From a virus: a stretch of 30,147 nt of DNA. How positions within the stretch are numbered: the stretch's first letter is position 1; every line of letters begins with the position of its first letter. The notes under the pieces were generated by a model. That model made no database searches. It was not told the DNA's origin and worked only from the letters and a program-made list of their open reading frames with translations. The DNA is taken from the IMG/VR virus record IMGVR_UViG_3300045988_114868, positions 1 to 30,147 of that record; one strand, 5' to 3'. The translations under genes and the position numbers were made by a program. Below, piece by piece: positions 23,944 to 29,283 of this stretch.

Positions 23944-24156
23944 ATGAACGAGCAGAACACCAACCAGACCGAGGCCCAGCAGCAGCCGACGCAGCAGCCA
24001 ATCATCATCAACAACGTAATGGGGCAGTCGGACGACAGCGGCAAAAAGAAAGCCCCCGGTTTCATCAAGGTGTGCGTATACAGCTTCCTTACCTGCGGCA
24101 TCTACTTCTTCTACTGGCTCGTCAAGAGCCTGAGCGGCGGCTACCGCAATCGCTGA
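23944..24156 (+). CDS. 70-aa small membrane protein, monocistronic
   Basis: Gln-rich N-terminus then FIKVCVYSFLTCGIYFFYWLV. Context gaaaggaaccaaaaATG, own promoter 23857-23886 and terminator 24176-24218. Confidence 0.65.
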   Translation: MNEQNTNQTEAQQQPTQQPIIINNVMGQSDDSGKKKAPGFIKVCVYSFLTCGIYFFYWLVKSLSGGYRNR

Positions 24157-24175
24157 TGCAAACACGGCAAAAAAT

Positions 24176-24218
24176 AATACCCCATCCGATCATCTGACCG
24201 GGTGGGGTATTATTTCAT
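24176..24218 (+). terminator. Hairpin AATACCCCA ... TGGGGTATT plus T-rich tail after the small membrane gene
   Basis: 9-bp stem read directly. Confidence 0.55.
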
Positions 24219-24291
24219 CTCATGAAAGGCAGTCGGAGAGGGAAACCAAAAAACTTTCCGACATCGCAATCATACCACAAGGAGAAACACT

Positions 24292-24702
24292 ATGGAAATC
24301 ATCTTGGATGATGGAGCCTACATGCCGTCGCGAGCCCACAAGACCGACGCAGGATTAGATCTACGCACTCCGGTGGCGGCGACCGTGCCGGCATACTCAA
24401 GCGTCACCGTGGATACAGGAGTGCACGTGGCGCTACCGCACGGATGCGCCGGCCTGCTCGTCAGCAAGAGCGGTCTCAACGTTAAGCACGGCATCACAAG
24501 CACCGGGCTCATCGACGAGGGATACACCGGGAGCATCGTGGTTAAGCTCTACAACGATACAGGCGAGGACCATGAGTTCGAAGCTGGTGACAAGATCACG
24601 CAGCTGGTCGTGATACCGGTGGTCTGCGAGCCGGTGGAACAGGTCTCCTGCTTCATCCAGACAGATCGTGGCGGCAACGGCTTCGGGAGCACCGGGAGGT
24701 GA
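24292..24702 (+). CDS. dut: dUTP diphosphatase (trimeric dUTPase)
   Basis: All five motifs are present: AGLDL, SKSGL, GLIDEGYTG, ITQLV, RGGNGFGSTG. Confidence 0.9.
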   Translation: MEIILDDGAYMPSRAHKTDAGLDLRTPVAATVPAYSSVTVDTGVHVALPHGCAGLLVSKSGLNVKHGITSTGLIDEGYTGSIVVKLYNDTGEDHEFEAGDKITQLVVIPVVCEPVEQVSCFIQTDRGGNGFGSTGR

Positions 24703-24704
24703 CC

Positions 24705-25040
24705 ATGGGTTGGCGTACGAGCAAATATCACGCCAAGAAGGCGACTGTGGACGGTATTACCTTCGATTCACGTAAGGAAGCCGACAGGTATCTCACGCTC
24801 AAGGCCATGGAGGAGGAGGGCCTCATCGGGAACCTCAGGAGACAGGTGCGCTATGAGCTCGTCCCGGCCTTTGACGTGGACGGGAGGCATTACCGGCCTG
24901 TCTTCTACATGGCCGATTTCGTTTACGTGGAAGATGGCCAGGAGGTCGTCGAGGACGTGAAGGGCATGAAGACCGACACGTACAGGCTTAAAAGCAAGCT
25001 CTTCGCACGACGATACGGCATGAGCATCAAAGAGACGTGA
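24705..25040 (+). CDS. DUF1064-family protein (PD-(D/E)XK nuclease-like), 111 aa
   Basis: SKYHAKKATVDGITFDSRKEADRY...ADFVYVEDGQEVVEDVKGMKT matches the DUF1064 signature. ATG 24705 lies 5 nt after GGGAGG. Confidence 0.75.
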   Translation: MGWRTSKYHAKKATVDGITFDSRKEADRYLTLKAMEEEGLIGNLRRQVRYELVPAFDVDGRHYRPVFYMADFVYVEDGQEVVEDVKGMKTDTYRLKSKLFARRYGMSIKET

Positions 25041-25059
25041 CGACCTAGGAAGGTCACGA

Positions 25060-25111
25060 CCCCGGTTGGTTCGGATTTACTTAACCCCGAACCGGCCGGG
25101 GCTTTGTTTTT
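25060..25111 (+). terminator. Strong intrinsic terminator after DUF1064
   Basis: 15-bp stem CCCCGGUUGGUUCGG/CCGAACCGGCCGGGG with two G-U pairs valid only on the plus strand, then CTTTGTTTTT. Confidence 0.8.
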
Positions 25112-25177
25112 CAGGCGGAATAGACGCGATGAATAGAGGGATGAGGCTGTTCTCCCGTCAATATCTGGGGGCTGATA

Positions 25178-25216
25178 TTCAGTATCTAGATATCGGGGTT
25201 CAGTAGCTAGATATCG
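25178..25216. repeat. Two 18-bp direct repeats TTCAGTA(T/G)CTAGATATCG with 21-bp period
   Basis: 25178-25195 and 25199-25216. A related TAGCTAGATATGG lies at 25629-25641. Confidence 0.85.
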
Positions 25217-25254
25217 ACCCCTCGGTACCTAGGCGTCGAACAAGGATCCTTCTA

Positions 25255-25587
25255 CTAGATGACCCTCCCACTGGGGCCCTTCCACTGCATCCAATACGGC
25301 TCCCGCGGGGGGGGGTCGCCTTGCGTGCTTGTGGGAAAGGCAATTTCTGCCGATGGGGGAGCGGGATCCTTGACCGATCGTCGTTGAGACTCGATGGCTT
25401 CGGCGAGCATGGAATGGAGCTGTGGGGGGGGCTGGCCAGATGTCTTCGAAGCTTCTTCTATGGCCCTGAACAAAGAAGGGGTGAGAGCCATCGAGGGCTC
25501 TTTTCTACTACCCTCCCCCTGCCGAATGATAAGCCCGCACTCAAAATGAGGCAGGCTACACTCAAAATGAGGAGGGGCTGTCCTCAA
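25255..25587 (-). CDS. Questionable ORF with a ribbon-helix-helix-like core; contains C8 and C9 homopolymers
   Basis: Core SMALTPSLFRAIEEASKTSGQPPPQLHSMLAEAIES. It is the only ORF over 60 aa on the A/C-rich strand of the non-coding region. No SD is present, its N-terminus overlaps the iterons, and a paralogous frameshifted copy lies at 25733-25839. Confidence 0.3.
   Translation of the reverse strand: MRTAPPHFECSLPHFECGLIIRQGEGSRKEPSMALTPSLFRAIEEASKTSGQPPPQLHSMLAEAIESQRRSVKDPAPPSAEIAFPTSTQGDPPPREPYWMQWKGPSGRVI
25396..25480. repeat. Copy A of a ~85-bp dispersed direct repeat
   Basis: Aligns with 25745-25826: 25-nt block with 4 differences, 38-nt block with 7 differences, and a 4-nt indel between them at the G-run. 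Confidence 0.85.
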
Positions 25588-25617
25588 TATGATGACTAGC
25601 TAAACCTCAAAATGAGG
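25540..25617. repeat. Four iterons CTCAAAATGAGG (three exact, one degenerate CTCAATATGATG) spaced 21, 22 and 23 bp
   Basis: Starts at 25540, 25561, 25583 and 25606. Each has CTCA/TGAG inverted arms. Confidence 0.85.
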
Positions 25618-25620
25618 ACT

Positions 25621-25699
25621 CATATATATAGCTAGATATGGATAGATAGATATAGATAGATATAGATAAGAGAAAGAAAGAAAGATAAATCTTTCTTTC
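25621..25699. repeat. AT-rich block: (TA)4, GATA/GATAGATATA tandem repeats, (GAAA)n and a perfect 10-bp palindrome GAAAGAAAGA-taaa-TCTTTCTTTC
   Basis: Read directly. Almost no C between 25621 and 25690. Confidence 0.9.
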
Positions 25700-25732
25700 C
25701 AAAGAGAGAGAACCCGAAACCAATCTCCGATA

Positions 25733-25839
25733 TCAAGCCTTGAAGGCTTCGGTGATCACGGAGTGGAGCCATGGGGATACTCTCGATGCTTCAAAGCTTC
25801 TTCCATGGCTCTGAGCAAGGAGGAGGATACGGGCTTCAC
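25733..25839 (-). pseudogene. Frameshifted paralogue of the RHH-like core
   Basis: VKPVSSSLLRAMEEALKHREYP / (W)LHSVITEAFKA. The two halves are conserved at protein level with copy A but lie in different frames. One extra C in the CCCC run (plus-strand GGGG 25773-25776) would join them. Confidence 0.3.
25745..25826. repeat. Copy B of the ~85-bp dispersed direct repeat
   Basis: See copy A. Confidence 0.85.
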
Positions 25840-25945
25840 CTCGATGCTGCCCCTCGGGCCTTGGTCCCGACACTCGATCGGGTTAGGGCATGGAGGAGAG
25901 TTGGTCGGTGCTTGGCTTGGGTGGACCTCTCACGGTTTGGTGTTC

Positions 25946-25973
25946 TCGATGCTTTTCGATGCTTTTTGATGCT
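25946..25973. repeat. Tandem TCGATGCTTT x3 (third unit TTGATGCT), 10-bp period
   Basis: Starts at 25946, 25956 and 25966. Further TCGATGCT copies lie at 25783, 25841 and 26622. Confidence 0.8.
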
Positions 25974-25986
25974 GGAACGTCGTTTT

Positions 25987-26080
25987 CGTGCGTAAAGGCC
26001 TTTTTAACGGGCTGTCGTGAGGGAGCCTGACGAGTTATCGGGTTTGACGGGAAAATCGGTTTGAGTGGCCTTTACGCGCG
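25987..26080 (+). other. Long-range 14-bp helix (25987-26000 with 26067-26080, one G-U) enclosing 66 nt
   Basis: CGUGCGUAAAGGCC pairs with GGCCUUUACGCGCG. The G-U would be a C-A mismatch on the minus strand. Confidence 0.4.
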
Positions 26081-26432
26081 TTCTGGAGGTATGTGCGGTG
26101 GAAAGCGTGTGAGAGGAATGCCGTGGATGACATAATGAAAAACCCCACCGCAGCACAATGTACTATGATGGGGCGTAGAGCTTAACAAAGCCAGTATACC
26201 ACATATCTGGGTGCGGAGGCACGAAAACTCCCCAGCCATATCCCTTGCTTGGTTAACGGGACGGCGATTAACACTCGCCGATACACACGTTAGAGGTGCT
26301 GGCTCAACCGACCTGACAGGCGATGGTGAAATAACCGGGATGCCGACGCCATCGCATCAAAGATGCAGCGCGACCTGTTGGGGTATGCCGCATCAGTGGT
26401 AGCAATGCACCACTCTTATGAACGACGCCGTG

Positions 26433-26448
26433 CGACCGACCGACCGAC
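26433..26448. repeat. Tetranucleotide microsatellite (CGAC)4
   Basis: Read directly. Confidence 0.9.
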
Positions 26449-26460
26449 GGAAACAGTCAA

Positions 26461-26504
26461 TAAGCCTTAATCTGAAGCTCTTGAACTTCAGCTCTTAAGG
26501 CTTA
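26461..26504. other. 44-nt imperfect palindrome/hairpin
   Basis: Outer stem TAAGCCTTAA/TTAAGGCTTA (10 bp), inner stem TGAAG/CTTCA. Confidence 0.6.
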
Positions 26505-26691
26505 CTCTCTCTACCAGATCTCGTTCCCTCCCTCAAGAAACACACCATGGCGGTGTGGGGGTTGGGTGGTTGCGAGGGCTGGGATGTGAGGGTATGGGAT
26601 GTGCCCTGGCTGGCTTGGCTTTCGATGCTCGGCGGCATTCTCTACAATCGCAGCCTCTTCAGCTCATTCATCGAAAAAGAGTGAACGCATC

Positions 26692-26721
26692 GGCGTGTCG
26701 TCCAAGAAAACAGGCTATACT
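26692..26721 (+). promoter_or_regulatory. GGCGTGTCG box, 15 nt, -10 TATACT
   Basis: Same box-to--10 spacing as at 23857 and 28571. Confidence 0.45.
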
Positions 26722-26727
26722 GAAGAC

Positions 26728-26839
26728 ATACGCCATGTAAGATGCTCCTACCACTTACGTGGGAAGACAATCTACATGGTACGAATCCCATTGATTGCCA
26801 CCGAGTAGGAGACGGTAGCAGTCGGTGGGATTCCTTTTT
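26728..26839 (+). ncRNA. Candidate ~110-nt leader or small RNA between promoter 26692-26721 and terminator 26783-26839
   Basis: Bounded by a promoter-like element and a strong terminator. Contains mutually exclusive helices. No ORF with an SD. Confidence 0.3.
26783..26839 (+). terminator. Strong plus-strand intrinsic terminator 18 nt before the replication gene ATG
   Basis: 21-bp stem (three G-U, one mismatch) GAAUCCCAUUGAUUGCCACCG/CGGUAGCAGUCGGUGGGAUUC, 9-nt loop, then C plus T5. Confidence 0.8.
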
Positions 26840-26856
26840 AAGATTCGAGACATCTC

Positions 26857-27600
26857 ATGGACATCAAAGACGCTAACTTTGTCACCATCCAAGGCTGGAT
26901 GCGCACCAAACTCAACCTCAAAGGCAACGAACTACTCGCCTACGCCGTCATCTACGGCTTCACCCAGATAGCCGGTACCAAATTCACCGGCTCCAGAAAA
27001 TACCTCGCCGAGTGGTGCGGATGCTCCATAGCCACGATCGACAGAACGCTCATCTCCCTCGTTGACAAAGGCCTCATTTCAAAGACCTCACACATTACGA
27101 AGTACGGCTGCCGCGCCGTTGAATACGCAGCCACGTGCCCGGCACCCCTCGACGAACACTCCGATACGGAACCCCAGACCACGGAGGTGAACGACCTACG
27201 CACTCCGGCCGGCGAACCACAGCCGCTCATCGACGAACCGCAAACCCCCTCACAGCCAAAGGAACCAGACCCCACCGAAGAGGTCGTAAACCACCTCAAC
27301 CGCCGTGCCGGCACCCAGTACAAGCCCACCACCGCAAACACGCGCAAACTCGTCAAGGCCCGCCTCAAGGAAGGCTTCACCGTCGAGGACATGAAACTGG
27401 TCATCGACAAGAAATGCGCAGACTGGCTCAACAACCCGGAGATGGCAAAATTCCTCCGCCCGGACACACTCTTCGGTAACAAATTCGAAGGCTACCTCAA
27501 CGCCCGAACAACCATTCGACCCAACACCAACACCGCAGCCATCGCACAGGACGCCGACGGCCACGTAGCCGAATGCACCCGCGAAAACGGCTGGTTCTAA
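26857..27600 (+). CDS. Replication initiator-like protein: N-terminal winged HTH plus conserved phage C-terminal domain (Phg_2220_C type)
   Basis: KYLAEWCGCSIATIDRTLISLVDKGLI (wHTH). EVVNHLNRRAGTQYKPTTANTRKLVKARLKEGFTVEDMKLVIDKKCADWLNNPEMAKFLRPDTLFGNKFEGYLN matches the conserved phage replication C-terminus. Confidence 0.75.
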   Translation: MDIKDANFVTIQGWMRTKLNLKGNELLAYAVIYGFTQIAGTKFTGSRKYLAEWCGCSIATIDRTLISLVDKGLISKTSHITKYGCRAVEYAATCPAPLDEHSDTEPQTTEVNDLRTPAGEPQPLIDEPQTPSQPKEPDPTEEVVNHLNRRAGTQYKPTTANTRKLVKARLKEGFTVEDMKLVIDKKCADWLNNPEMAKFLRPDTLFGNKFEGYLNARTTIRPNTNTAAIAQDADGHVAECTRENGWF

Positions 27601-27674
27601 CCACGACACGCCGGCACACAATACCGGCAATACGTGAGGTAACATTATCCCGGACGGCAGGAAAGGAACCACAA

Positions 27675-28520
27675 ATGAAAACCAACCTCATCGAAACCAT
27701 GGTCCGCGAAGCAATCCAAAACAGCCACTACGAAGAAGGTGACTACATCAACGAAGACGGCCTCCTAATGTGCGGTAAATGCCACACGCCAAAACAATGC
27801 AGCTTCATCGCCACATGGGACGGCAAGGAAAAGAAACCATACACTCCCTGCAACTGCGCACGTGAACGCCAGAACGCAGAAGAACAGGCACGACAGGCGC
27901 AAAACCTCCGCATCGAAATAAACCGACTCCGCAAACTCGGCTTCCCCGACAGCGAAATGGCCGACTGGACATTCGCTAACGACGACGGGACAGACCCGAA
28001 GACCACGAGCATCGCCCACAACTACGTCGACAACTTCCACGAAATGAAGAAACGAGGCAAAGGACTGCTCCTATACGGTACTGTCGGTACCGGCAAAACA
28101 TACGCAGCAGCCTGTATCGCCAACGAACTCATCAGCCAAGGCCATCCATGCCTCGTAACCAACTTCGCAAGGATCACCAACACCCTCCAAGGAATGTTCG
28201 AAGGGAAGCAACGCTACCTCGACGACTTCAACCGTCTTGATCTGCTCGTCATCGACGATCTGGCCGCAGAACGCGACACATCCTACATGAACGAAATGAT
28301 CTTCAACATCATCGACTCCAGATACCGGAGCGGCAAACCACTCATCGTAACATCCAACCTCACACAAGCCGATCTGAAGGCTCCAAGCTCCGTCGACAGG
28401 AAACGCATCTATTCACGACTGCTTGAAATGTGCGTGCCAATCGAAGTGAAAGGCGCTGACAGGCGGGAAAAGAAGCTCCGCGACGATTCGGTCGACATGG
28501 CAAGACTCCTCGGCCTCTGA
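27675..28520 (+). CDS. DnaC/IstB-like AAA+ helicase loader with N-terminal Cys-rich (zinc-ribbon-like) segment
   Basis: Walker A GTVGTGKT, Walker B LLVIDDL, sensor PLIVTSN; CGKCH...CNC. ATG 27675 has context ggaaaggaaccacaaATG. Confidence 0.8.
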   Translation: MKTNLIETMVREAIQNSHYEEGDYINEDGLLMCGKCHTPKQCSFIATWDGKEKKPYTPCNCARERQNAEEQARQAQNLRIEINRLRKLGFPDSEMADWTFANDDGTDPKTTSIAHNYVDNFHEMKKRGKGLLLYGTVGTGKTYAAACIANELISQGHPCLVTNFARITNTLQGMFEGKQRYLDDFNRLDLLVIDDLAAERDTSYMNEMIFNIIDSRYRSGKPLIVTSNLTQADLKAPSSVDRKRIYSRLLEMCVPIEVKGADRREKKLRDDSVDMARLLGL

Positions 28521-28529
28521 CAATCCCAA

Positions 28530-28560
28530 GGCGACACGTGCAACAGCGTGCCGCCTTTTT
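28530..28560 (+). terminator. 26-nt hairpin GGCGACACGTGCAACAGCGTGCCGCC plus T5, a structural variant of the 385/3735 hairpin
   Basis: Same length, same GGCG...CGCC ends and CAAC-containing loop, but different arm sequence. Follows the DnaC-like gene. Confidence 0.7.
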
Positions 28561-28570
28561 CCATACCCTC

Positions 28571-28600
28571 GGCGTGTCGCATCACGTATGTGGGTATAGT
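28571..28600 (+). promoter_or_regulatory. GGCGTGTCGCATCAC box, 15 nt from box core, -10 TATAGT
   Basis: Followed by TCAGGCAAGGA (compare TCAAGCAAGGA at 432-442). Confidence 0.5.
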
Positions 28601-28650
28601 GTTAAACGTCAGGCAAGGAAAACCACGCCACCAAACAAAAAGGAACCAAA

Positions 28651-28947
28651 ATGAACAAGAACACAAACATCCAAACCCTATTCCATATCCTCAACGGATG
28701 CCTACCACCCGAATACGACGAAAAACTCGTCGCCAACGAAAACACCATCATCATCACAAAGGAAGACTCCGACAGCGCCATGTACATCACACGGAACAAC
28801 AACGACGACCCCGACGACGTAATAGCCATAGGCCACGACGACCCAAACAGGGGCTACTTCGTGGAATACGAGCCCGTCTACCGATCCTCTGAAAACGAAC
28901 AGATCCCCCTCGGCGTCATCATCGACAACATCAAACACAACCTCTGA
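28651..28947 (+). CDS. 98-aa acidic hypothetical protein
   Basis: Context aaaaaggaaccaaaATG; promoter 28571-28600 upstream. Confidence 0.6.
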   Translation: MNKNTNIQTLFHILNGCLPPEYDEKLVANENTIIITKEDSDSAMYITRNNNDDPDDVIAIGHDDPNRGYFVEYEPVYRSSENEQIPLGVIIDNIKHNL

Positions 28948-28978
28948 CAATCCGCCAAACAAAACGAAAGGACCACAA

Positions 28979-29269
28979 ATGACCCTTGAACCAAACACCC
29001 TCGCCATCGAAATCTCCGACAAGCTAAACGCCACCGGAAACGACTACACGACAAAAACCACCGACCTCAACGACTACGGGACCTCATACGAAATCACTAA
29101 ACACGACTCAGACAAGAAACTGTGTATCACACCAGTCGAGGGAGCTCTCATCGACATGGCCCTGTACGACGGGGCAGGAAACACCATCGCAACCAGCACC
29201 CTGTACGACAAAGCCGTCACGGACATCACCATAGAAGACCTCACCAACCTCATCACGATCTACCTCTAA
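28979..29269 (+). CDS. 96-aa hypothetical protein
   Basis: Context gaaaggaccacaaATG. Confidence 0.6.
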   Translation: MTLEPNTLAIEISDKLNATGNDYTTKTTDLNDYGTSYEITKHDSDKKLCITPVEGALIDMALYDGAGNTIATSTLYDKAVTDITIEDLTNLITIYL

Positions 29270-29283
29270 AAAAGGGAAAGACA

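Noticed and set aside
23791-24165. N-terminal 125 aa of track ORF 23617..24165
   Set aside because: The extension runs through the divergent promoter region and antisense through gene 23944-24156. Only the last 57 aa (the HTH) look genuine, and a consensus promoter ends 7 nt before ATG 23790.
25621-25700. Possible CRISPR-like or minisatellite array
   Set aside because: The units are 4-10 bp and contiguous with no spacers. This is simple-sequence AT-rich DNA, not a CRISPR array.
25166-25776. Several G4-G9 runs as a G-quadruplex
   Set aside because: The runs are hundreds of nucleotides apart with irregular spacing. No four closely spaced tracts exist, so homopolymer slippage is the more economical reading.
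26170-26233. tRNA-like cloverleaf (7-bp closing stem, three hairpins)
   Set aside because: Not a tRNA. It is only 64 nt, with a 6-nt D-loop lacking GG, a 5-nt loop on the anticodon-position hairpin, a GGAG tetraloop in place of a T-loop and no CCA. Kept only as part of the structured-RNA hypothesis.
25763-26808. Plus-strand ORFs 25763..25969, 25771..25995, 26211..26402, 26555..26740 and 26599..26808
   Set aside because: None has the conserved SD context. The products are Gly/Trp/Leu/Arg-rich. Two of them mirror the minus-strand repeat only through nucleotide identity, with mostly non-conservative changes between copies.
25041-26856. attP/dif-like or DnaA-box sequences in the non-coding region
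   Set aside because: I could not find a convincing XerCD dif-type 28-mer or a TTATCCACA-type box by eye. TATACCACA at 26195 has two mismatches. No claim is made.
29122-29283. Upstream extension of ORF 29122..29721
   Set aside because: It overlaps gene 28979-29269 in another frame and encodes a His/Arg-rich string. ATG 29284 follows GGGAAAG and begins a coherent basic protein.
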